This document shows positions 12,701 to 24,700 of a stretch of DNA of 64,000 nt, in pieces. The position numbers and the translations under genes are program-made. Origin of the DNA: Phoronis australis (taxonomy: Eukaryota; Animalia; Phoronida); the NCBI GenBank assembly GCA_002633005.1, contig NMRA01000006.1, positions 258,544-322,543 on the forward strand. The letters run 5' to 3'. Within the stretch, counting starts at the first letter, position 1. Each line of letters starts with the position of its first letter. Below the pieces are notes generated by a model that was not told the origin of the DNA, did no database searches, and saw only the letters and a program-made list of their open reading frames with translations.

Positions 12701-15700
12701 TTAAGAAATATTTCAGGACACTCGCAAATGAAACGGCAGATCCACTAGTACATATCACATTCAGTTTCTAGTGTCAATACGAGAATCAATTAAAAATCGT
12801 TCCCGCTGGCAGACGCTTGTACAAAATACATAACATGTTATGCTTTCCCGTTCAACACCAAAAGTGTTAACACTGGTCATTTCTAAACATTAGATTTATT
12901 CTGAAATACTACGCAATTCAGCTCTGATGAAATTATTCTGCACGGAAGGAATAGAATGAGCCAATAACAGGGATTGGGAATGACTTCATGGCAGCACCTC
13001 TAAATTCCAGCTATGGTCGTCTAAACCACAGTCCCAAATCAGTGGACAAAAAACCTGCAGTACAATTGCCAGACCCCACTGCGCAAATGTCCTGAACGAT
13101 TTATACACTGTGACCAAATTCCATGCTTCATTTGGTCACTATGTATGAAGTATTTTTTTGCATGTGTGGAGTTAAGGGCCACGATCTGGGGATTTGTACC
13201 GCAGGTTTGGCGTCTGCTGGCCTGGTTTAGAGGACTGAAGCTGCAATTAAGATGTGCGGTCACAAAATTGTTTCCACCCCTTATTGAATAACCCGCTACC
13301 AATATGGCCAGACAACATTGTAATCCTACGAAAAGCTTACCTGCGCCACTCACTAGGTGGCGGTGGTGATAAATATGGCGTTGAATATGGTGAGGGTTCT
13401 GACGGAAGCTGCCAGCACGTCAAGGAAAACAAACACCGTAATGAAAACAAGACATGGCACCGTGAGCCTGAACAAGACTAGTGCAGATTCCCTACTCACC
13501 CATAACAAGCCCAAATCAGGGGGTAAGAGTGGCAGATATGCCATCCCTCGTATTTTCGAGTGGAAATTTTCATTTGTGTCAAGCGCTGCAGAAAATTGTC
13601 AAACAGGAACTGTACATTCAGCAGGTGATGATAATGAAGAGAAGGCAATTATCTTATCACCAGAGGAGGCTGAGAACAGAAGTTTTACACCGACACTGAT
13701 ATTCAGACACAAGAAAAGGGTAGCAGCTGACCTACCACAGCTGGTTCACTAGCGCCACCTAGAGAATTTCCATTTCATTGCTGACAGTTTACCAGGGATG
13801 TTTTTGACGGCAATATTGGGTGTTCGTGAACATTTTAAACCTAGGATGAGTAATATTGGAAAAATAAACCAAACTGATACAAACTATGGTGCACTCAAGT
13901 TGAAGGACCGCCAAAACATCAAGCATGCCGAATACGTAATTAAACAACCCAATCAGAAGCAAGCTGGTGGCCATCACACCTCTTTTGCCTAGCAACGGGA
14001 AAAATCAAGGAAGGATACAGTCGCAAAGAATTGTATTTTTTAAGTATCCAAGTCTGGCATTTCTAATCAATTGAATTCAGACAATCGTACCCTGGAGCTG
14101 TTTACATTGCCGATAAATTTGTTTTACCACGCAATTAAGAAATACTTGATAACCTTCACAAAAACGTGTCATTTTTAAGTTGTCAGGCTCTAGTTCAACC
14201 CACGTAATACATTTCGATGACCACAGCATTGCACAGAAACCAGTCTATATTGAATAAGGTAGCATGACAGCTAAACGCTATCCTATCAACAGGAGTTGAT
14301 GAGATTCTCTTTGTGGCATCTGTATACAGATTATTCCTAGTGTACACATACACTGTATTGTATTATTGTTTCATGTGACTTGTAAATATTCATGATTCAA
14401 CAAAATAAAAAACTTAACTGAAAAATATATCCGCAAGTTAACTGAGGGTCTTCATCTTCACTAAAGGCAACACCAAAAACCATTGATTTAACCTTCATGA
14501 GATCAGTATGGGTGTACCAGAAGGTTTGTCCACTTGGATTCCAAGAAAGAATCGCCATCGCATGACAGCGTGACACGACTGAAACTTGAATACTCGTTCT
14601 TGGACTGCATGGGCATGTACGTTGAATAACCGATATGATCAACTTCTACTTTCAGTGTACGTCACCAAATACCGTCACGCACAAAACAAAGACAGTATGA
14701 AGACTGATATTACTTGCAGGGATTCTTGTCATGCATACACCACGAGCTGATTTACCGAAATTCTTCACTTATTTTAGCACTAAGATAATTGCCAAAGTTG
14801 GCATTTTTTTGATTTTTCAAAAGCCAAATCTTATTTTATGGCATCAAACAACACAGGTTAATAACGGACTAAAATTTTCCCAGCCTTTCTTTAAAATGAG
14901 ATATTTTACAAAACAAAATCGCTTTTTTCCGCCACATTGCGCGCTAAATAGATGACGAGTTGCCGTGGTCGCTTTACTCAAACTGTGACCCGCATGGGTC
15001 AAAGGATACTCTTTTATCTACAGGGAAGGGTCGTGCGTTGTGTCGCGCCTGTCGTGATCGCTCTCTGTTGTGTATTCGTTCGACGATCATGTGACGCCCT
15101 GACGTGTGTTTGATGTCTTCAAGGTGATGTAGCGCACCCTATGGACAACAAGAACAGAAACTGTGAATACACAGGAACAACCGAGGCAATAGGAAATTTA
15201 AATTCACAAGGTGGCACTAGTGAGATAACAGCCTAGTGGAACTTGCTATTACGTGTTCCATAGAATAAGGGATTAGCCACTCACAGCGAGAACTCTCCTT
15301 AAGGAACTGAAGTTATGAATTCTATCACATGATTCATGAATTTTATCCCACGATGCATGAATTCTATCCCATGAATCATGAATTTCATATCCTAATTTCA
15401 CATTCCAAGTTTCCAACCTCATCGACCTATCACTTCAGTTGCCACCATTTTGCTTGGTTACGTTGCTGAACTTGGTCTGGCATGATATCATCTTTCTCGA
15501 AAAAAAAAACTGGGTCTACAGAATGCTACCATAAGGAACTGCTTTCTGCTCTCAATCAAGAAAGGAGCCTTCATTCATTAGCGCCACCTGGTGAATAATA
15601 ACGTAAGTTTACAAACAAAGAAGCCTAGTTTAGGAATGTGTTGCCACTATTGAAGCTGGGTGACATTTCAAGGTCACTGAAACAAGACTAAAGGACTAAA

Positions 15701-18700
15701 ACACCAACTTAAAACTTAAAACTTATAACAATTTTGATTTGAATGTTAAAAAACCTAAACCCTAAGGTGTGTTTCATTTATGATAACCCCTAGTGAGCTT
15801 ACTTGTGAAAGACTCAAGATATTTCTTTATGCAAGCATACTCGGACGTGAACGGCAGCAAGCTACGTTTATTGAACACTTTTCAGAGCCAACCTGAGCGA
15901 GTTTTTACACGGCAGTTGCAATTACTACCAAAATGCTCATAGCCAGCCTTTTTCACCACGGAGATGCGCCGTGTTTGGACATCTTGAACCATGTTTTAAA
16001 AACCATTTTTTTCTACACTCTAGGACAACTGAATTAACTTTTACTTTAATATAAATACAAAAATCTTAATTTTGTTGTGAAAATGACAGTTGCTCTCAAA
16101 ATAAATCAAAAGAATAAGTTACTGAAGATGTTTCTGCCAACACTAGCTGACATGAAGATTTGAGCACAACTACCGGTACTAAAAAACGGGCCTTGTATTT
16201 TCATAACTGCAGCTTGCAAAAAACAAAATTACATGTTATGTTAATCATGTAAACATACAATAACAAGACTCTGCAGAGTTCAGGTCAAGGCAAACTGGAT
16301 CGTCTCTGGAGACTGATATTAATAGACCTCTACCATCAGTCCATTTCTTCGCGTATTAAAATACGACACCTTACTGCCCGTTGAAAAAGAAGCTTAAACC
16401 GGGTTATAAAACATCACCAGTGATTTTCTAAAATGTTTATCACAAAAAAAACACAATGAACAATTATGAGAGTTAAGCTCAGAAAGCGATAGAAAGCATT
16501 ACATCTGGACGTAACGTCATGAGCGATTAGCACTGCTTTTCGAAAGGTCCCTCAACACATTCACACCACCACATCTCCCCCCTCCCCTCCCACCTTTCGC
16601 GCACTCAAGCAAAAAACAACGAACACTAGAAGAGACTTCGAAATGCTCGTAGTCTGCCAACCGACACAGCATTCAAATTTGGGCTTCACCGGCGGGTCCA
16701 AGCCCACAAACAGACTCACTGGTGTAAAGAGCTTCATGAAGAACGAGGAATCTAAGAAAACTCAAATTCTTCCATGTTGCGTCATCATTGCTATTGGCAA
16801 TACGCTAACTAAGTTTATAAATATCTATCTAATATCACTATTTTTATTACAGTGGCTTCAACAGTGATACCAGCTACATACCCTTAATTATGGTAACAAT
16901 TCTTCATTTCTTTAAATTCTTCAGCTTGGGATACAACACAGTGAAATTTCCTTTTGTCAAATTTCTCAACAAAAAAACTTTTCAGGAAAATTTACTTTGC
17001 ATTAAGCATGGTTTGCATCACTCAGCTACTATCAAGCAACATTTGGTAAAATCTTGAGTAACTGCAGCAACATGGTAAGCTTTAAAAAATAGAAATATGG
17101 CAATTTTAACAGTTCCAAACTTTTAACCTACCCTCAGTGCATCCTTTTCGAATGCAATATTATAAAAATATTGATAGGAGAATTACGTAGTTGGGTGTTG
17201 TTGGTAAAAGGTATAAATATGATTATTGACAAAAAAAAAACAATGATTTTGGCATGCCCATAAGTAACGGGTGCGTGTTAAGAATGAGAATTTCTTGTTC
17301 TTGCCTTACATGCCTTTGTACTTCTGTTCTGTTTCAGTAGCCCACAAAGTCTTCTACTTCCCAGAACACCACAGCACCTNTTACAGTGGCTTCAACAGTG
17401 ATACCAGCTACATACCCTTAATTACGGTAACAATTCTTCATTTCTTTAAATTCTTCAGCTTGGGATACAACACGGTGAAATTTCCTTTTGTCAAATTTCT
17501 CAACAAAAAAGCTTTTCAGGAAAATTTACTTTGCATTAAGCATGGTTTGCATCACTCAGCTACCATCAAGCAACATTTGGTAAAATCGTGAGTAAATGCA
17601 GCAACATGGTAAGCTTTAAAAAATAGAAATATGGCAATTTTAACAGTTCCAAACTTTTAACCTACCCTCAGTGCATCCTTTTCGAATGCAATATTATAAA
17701 AATATTGATAGGAGAATTACGTAGTTGGGTGTTGTTGGTAAAAGGTATAACTATGATTATTGACAAAAAAAACAATGATTTTGGCATGCCCATAAGTAAC
17801 GGGTGCGTGTTAAGAATGAGAATTTCTTGTTTTTGTCTTACATGCCTTTGTATTTCTGTTCTGTTTCAGTAGCCCACAAAGTCTTCTACTTCCCAGAACA
17901 CCACAGCACCTCCTACCGAGTCCCGTGGTATTTACCTGCATTGCAACGAGGCTGTAGGACACTTATTGGACAGCTGAACATTCCTACCACGATGGTCATT
18001 ATCTTACATCAAAATTAATTTAATTGCCACATATCATTCTTGATATCAATGCTGGTAGTGAAGCAATAGTGGATTTCGAGAACCAGTTTGATGCCTGTAA
18101 GTCAGTGCGCAAAACTGGTTCTCAAAATGTGGCACCCTTGTATGTGAGTGGCAATACAGACATTGCAAAAAAAATGAAACCCCGAGGAACACTACCTTTA
18201 CCTCCGTGACACTGATGACTCAAATGCAGGATGTGGGAATTTGGAACAAGGGCATTTTGATTACTCACACAGTGTGTGTTTCGACAAACCTACAAGGATC
18301 ATAGCAAATGACCAATGCACCCCCTTGCCATGTTGATACAACCTCACAGTGACAACAACAGTGAGAAGACTGCCTCGGGAATATACGGGAATATACAGGA
18401 ATATACGGGAATATATCGGTACACATTTATACATATAGTCAAAGCATTCCCAGACCTGGCGGTTACAATATGGTTTCTGCACAGCAGCAAAGATTAATCC
18501 TCATTAAACCAGATTGAGACTAGACAGTGATACATGTCAGAATTCATTAACACCTTTACAAGCAAGTTGAAAACGAGCAGAGGAAAACTGCTCTTCCCGC
18601 TATGAGTTATGCTCACTACAATAACATTCTAATGGGTTCAACCACAACATAACCCCAGATCAACTTCTGAGCCAATCAGGAGTCCTCAACAAGGTCAGTC

Positions 18701-21700
18701 AGTCTCTGTGACAACTAGGCTCCACATGTTCACTGGCCAATACACAGTCTCAAGGTGTGTAGTGATACCCCATCAGTAGCCAATAAGAATGCAAATTAAG
18801 GACAAAATAAAAAACTAAGTGAAAACGCAGTTAGTAAGTTGGGTGAACCTATAAAAGACACATTATGTTTCCCAAACAGGCACTTAAACTAGAACATGCT
18901 TGTCGAGAAATGTCATTTTCTAAGATCAGCAGCAGCGCAGAATCGAACCTACAATGCTTGCAGTGTCAGTCAAACTCTCTGCTGGCAGAACTAAACCTCA
19001 AGAGTATTTTAAGCATACTTAGCTGCCTTGTTGTTAGCGAATGCTTGATAGACAACAGCAAAAATTGGATTTTGTTGTTCTGTAGCTCTGCTCAAAACTC
19101 GTAACTTCAAAAAGTCTATCCTATGCAACAATAACCCCAAAAATCTGTTTTTCCGCTGTAAAATTCGATCATGTCCCTTTAAACTAGGAAGAGTAAGTCA
19201 CACCTGGGCAACCGGTGCTAGTTGAAGGGCCTATCTGGACACTGCATGGTACGTTAAAGTTTCCTCAAATTAAAACAAAAATAACGATCAAAACTGACAT
19301 TTTAGCATTTTTAAAGTCTCACTGTATCCCAAAATGTTCAAAATTCTATTATTGCTTATTTGTTGATGACTGCCATACCATAGTCAAATAATCACGTAAA
19401 ATTGTCATCCTGCTTACTCTTGTTGAAAATTTTGATAAAATACGATATTACTGTTCTGCCACACTGTGTTCTACTTAGAAGAGGCCTTTTCCAAAGGAAT
19501 TTCTACCATACCGGTGGTAACGTCTCTTTGGTTTAAACCACCTGACACTCTCTACCGACAGTGTAGTTGGTATGGAACTTCACATTTTACAACTGGACAC
19601 CATACCTGGTACCACACAGCACATGATCAGCAAGAGAAATCTAGCTAAAATCTAAAATCACGCGTTTTCATTGACAATACACGGTAATATCTCGCCGACT
19701 CCCGCGAGAGCTTGCTTTTCTACCAAGGTTCTAGCATTATTGAACTCTACCAGTCTTTCATTTGGTTCACGTGTAACCAACTGTGTGATTTCTCATTTTC
19801 ACTCTGCTGCATTTAGCATTTATATATTAAATACCAATTAATGAACCAATTTACGTCATTATTTATAGCCCTCCAGCATTCGCAATTAGCACAAACTATT
19901 GGGCAAACTGCTCCTGGGGTTTTGTCCATTCGCTTTGTATTCAAAACATGCAAAATTGTTTTTATACCAAATGATGATGAAATGAGTGGCAGCCCGGAGA
20001 CATGTTCGCAATAAACGGCGAGGGGGAGGGCAGAACTGAAAAGAGGTAACGCTGGGGAAGGGCTTCTTTGCAGTGGACAGGGTAGACCATGTTCCCATTG
20101 TACCCAGCCCCTGTTCAAATGACTACGCCAGTGCTTAACTGATTATTACGACTTTTAAAAAGCGGTGACAAGCTTCTAACTTTGTGGTTTCATATCAACC
20201 TTCTAAAGTTAGTTGCAAAGTATGCTCGTGACATAAAACAAAGTTCAACCCATGCATGGCTCAATCCTGTCATGACTCAGTTGGTGTGGCAGCCAGAAAC
20301 ACCCGAGGGGAGCGCCACCATTTGGGGGAGTTTTTGCATGACGGTTCATTAAACCCATCGCCAAGATGACTACACGTTTGCATTTAATTGCACCAAATAC
20401 AGCTTTCCCCATCAACAAACAAGTTTTCTAGTCGGATTTCAACTCTGCAAACAGCCCAATATCCGAGGCTATGAAAAACACAACAGTGGCCCACCTTACA
20501 AGCGAGTGTTAACCTCTGATGACTACACCTCAAATTCACCTCCCTAATACCATAGTAGCTGGCAACGTGACAGACTTAATTCCAAGAATTATGACTCAAA
20601 GACTGCGGTTGCAGTAACCCAATATTTCCCAAAGAATAAGGAAACAGGTCAACAACTGAAATTCAGTATCCCACGTGATCTTATCACGAGAAACAAACAA
20701 CTGGGTGAAAACAGACCTAAGTACGCACCTCTTAGCTCAACCAAATTCTGACATGTTTGCACAAGTCAGTGCAATTAGAAGACATAGTCATAAAATATAA
20801 ATGTAAAATACACCCATCTTCTAACTCCCATGCCATTTGTCAACCTAAAATAGCCCAGCTCTCGGTTACAGGATAAAATATTGATGCTTAGTTCATCGGG
20901 CTCTTGAGCAAGTCAATCAACAGAAAACATATTTTAAAGGTAAAGTCTCGTGAACTCTGATGATTGCTTTTCCAAAAATGCCCTTTTTCATATTCAAGGT
21001 CTCCCATCACTGTTGTAAATGCCCAGAAATTCCCAAAACGTTATCGCACGATACCTGTGACACAAAATTAGAAAAGCAAAAGCGTTACTTTGCTGCTACA
21101 TATCTTTCGAGGATTCACTCATTGGTCATGTCGAAGTCAAGCGAGGGCGTCAACTAAATCACTCGGGTGAATGAAAATTCCGAATGAAAAGCTGGACATG
21201 GGAGGTGTTTACCAGAGCCATCCATAGTGAACCAACACCTGGGGAATTGTGTCCTTACCACTTCACAACCCAAGTTGAGTAAAATGTTCATGGAATATAA
21301 GCAACACGAGCAGAGGATCCAGAACTTCCTCATATGTTCTGTGCATTCTTCAATAAATACGTATCACCTTCAGACTTTGACTAGGGGTCTTACAAAGGAC
21401 AGACATAGGGGGCGCTTGAGCTTGTCCATTACAGCAATGTAAAACCGGGCGATCAAAAAATTTCACTGCTCCCCCATATTCTATCGTAAACTGGGGAGAT
21501 TTCACGGTATTGAGTTCAGAATTGGTCAGGAATGACCACTGACCAGTGAGCTGTATCAAGAAAAGTGACACAAGATTTAAGACAGAAATTTGGTCTTGTG
21601 CTTCTATTTTAGAACTACTAAATAAAAATTTAGTCAATAAAATTATTAACATTTCACTGTCTAGAAGGAATATGTATAGCTCCTGAAAACACTTGGACAA

Positions 21701-24700
21701 TTTATCTTTACTTGGGATGTAGTAGGCTCTAACATGCTAAGATGGTAGCAAGTTGCTTTTAGTCAAATGGATACTTTGTGTTATCCCAAAAGAGCATATT
21801 ATTTTGTAACTAGACTGCTAACTTCAATGGGCACAAGTGATCACCCACAGGAAGAAGGACTGTGTTTATGTTTCGTAAAAATCAACATGCCTTGACATCA
21901 ATTCTCACTTTAAATGTGATCAGGGTGAAGAAACAAACCCAATTTCTGATGAGAATGACCTTTTTGCTGAGGACACATGCGCATGTGGCACACAGAGAAC
22001 CCTACATGAGTCTCAGGTTTATGACATGGGCAAAACCCCTTGGAAATTTCGTAAAAATCCTGAGGCTTGCCAAGGGATTTTGACGAAATTTCTTTGAGGT
22101 TTTGCCGATGTCATAAACCTGAGGCGAATGCAGGATTTGCTTTCTCACATGCACTGTAAAAACAATCTTTTTGCCGAAAAACTCGACGTATCTAAAACTT
22201 TCAATCACATGACACAACTTTTGTAAAAACACACTTGCGCAATGTAAAGTATACTCAGATACTTTTTGTTAATAGTTTTATTTTAAACTTACCAATTGTA
22301 AATTGCATTCAGCTTTCACAACAAATGTTCAAATTAAAATCTACCGTAATAGTCTTTGAAGTCCTAAATGTTTATGTAAATAACACATTCAGTTGGAATT
22401 CCCTGTGCCTGAGCTCTGAATTGACCATGAGACAGCACAGTTAAGACAGTTTCACAGCGTTTCTTGAGTAGGGGTTTGTCTTGAGTAGGGGTTTGTCTCC
22501 GTTTGAATTACCGTGAATATGGAATTAGCTGCCGAAGATGGGTCCATTTAAGAAGTTGCTTGCGTGTCCTTCTGACTGGGAATACGTACAGTTACGACAC
22601 TGGATTTGTCAATCATAACCTTGTCACCTTCACATAATTCTGACATTGGTTGGTGAGCGTTTGATTGTTTTAGTCAACGAGCATATGTATATGTATATGG
22701 TTTCAGTGTTTTGCAGACAATGAAATGTAAGGCATATGGATTTCTACTTTGCACTACTTTGTGATTCGCTTATGTAATATCAAAAGAATTACGTACTCGG
22801 TGTTATTTGCCAGTCGTCTCATAACGCATTCGAGATCACGTGAGAAAAACTGTTAGCAGTTTTTTTCGCATCATAAATATTCTGCCCATTACTAACTACT
22901 GTGTGCGACTTAAGTTTCCAACACCACGATCACAGATAAAACAAAACAGTCTGCATAACTAAAATACACAGGACTTAATGTACCAGGAAAAAAAATCTAG
23001 GTAGACTTTAATTAAATATAACAGCCACTGGTTATGTATTTAATTATACATACAAACAACAGGCTTGGCAAACATGTAATTATTAAATCATTTAGCACCA
23101 TTTGTGGTAGATAGGCTCTCTCACATGAAGATGGTACACCTTCGATCATTAACAATAACTTACGATCTGGGACACAACTGAAACGGTGCTGCTGACACAG
23201 AGCAGGGCTTTGAATGACCAATGACAAAAAGAGCGGAAATTGTCGATGTGGACCGTTTTTTGCCGACGAAAATCGGGAGGGCTAAAAAAAACGGTGCCAC
23301 CTCCAGAAGCGCGGGTCTGCGTATTTTTAGCTCGTCCGCCACTCCCACCTCCGAACATTTTTGGCTGCAGAGCCGTAGTATTTGTCACCGCGGTTTACAA
23401 CCACACGAGACGCCATTGAAGAAATCCACCACGCTATCCCAGATGCCCCGGCAATGTTGACAATTTACGTTCCTCCGAAACATAAAGAGCAACTTCTGCT
23501 TTTCGAGGTGAAAGTCGTTGGCAACGCCGAGGTAAGAAAGAAATTTGCCGCGGATATTTTATCCCTTTGAACAAGGAATACACTCACAAAGCACCACACT
23601 ACAAACACAAGTTGGGAAGCCTTTCCTACCTGTTACAGAGGTCCATTTACNAATTATTCTAATGTCAGTGTTCTCCGTGGCCTGTTCTGACTTGTCGCAC
23701 TGACGGGCTTGAATTTAGCAGGGTTCGAGATTCCACCCTTCAGATCTGAATAATGTTACCATGGCTACCATCTGACAATCACTGAAAACTTGTGGGCATT
23801 AATTACAATGTAAGAAGCCTTTGTAAAATGGAAAAGACCAAGTTTAGTGATCAATTTTGTTCGAAATTGGTGTGATTTACCGTAGCACAATTCCAAGCAT
23901 TTGAAGGATATCATTTCCTTTTTCAGAAAGTGGCCGACAACTGAGCTTGAATTCAACACTTCAGCCTCAAATCATCCTCCTCTCACATCCCTTTGAACAA
24001 GGAATACACTCACAAAGCACCACACTACAAACACAAGTTGGGAAGCCTTTCCTACCTGTTACAGAGGTCCATTTACATAACTCGCGACAGGAAAACCAAC
24101 AAATATAAATGAAAGCGCTCTAAAGAGCAACACTTGGTGAAAAGTAAAAATTTAAAAGTGAGTCCAATGATGACCGGAACGCTTATTACACTAACACATT
24201 AGGACATTTACCAAAAGGTGCGGTCAAAGGATCGCGGAGCTAGAGCTCCGCAAACATAATTATAAAAATGTCCGTCACAGCAGTTATATAGAGACCAGTC
24301 CTCGGAAAATCTCGAATAATCAGAGAATGGTATGAGCTAGAAAAAACAGATGCGACACTTGCAATAGTCTTAGGAATGATCTACCCACAGTAACAATAAT
24401 CAGAAAAATCCGACCGGAAACACCGGAAAAAAAAGGGAAAATGGCCATCTTGTTTCTAATTTTAACCAACAACAATAGGCTTCAAGCCATTCACAAAATA
24501 CATGTTGTGTATAAATGTCATATTGGTCTGATAAGAATTGCGATCTGTGGCGAGCGAATGAAGAAACAAACAAACAAATAAAAATGAATGATAAAGCAAC
24601 ATACTTGGAGAAATTTCATTTCACCAAGTAAAAACTGCCGAGCATTGCCAGAAAATTGTGACAAACAGATAATTAAAGGTGAACAACGTCACCACCTCCA

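Noticed and set aside
23904-23911. ATATCCTT on minus strand as an AT-AC intron donor
   Set aside because: No adjacent exon or matching branch/AC end found; a few such 8-mers are expected by chance.
23561-24077. TRIM / mini LTR retrotransposon
   Set aside because: Repeats lack TG...CA termini and no clear PBS or TSD; kept only as unexplained direct repeat.
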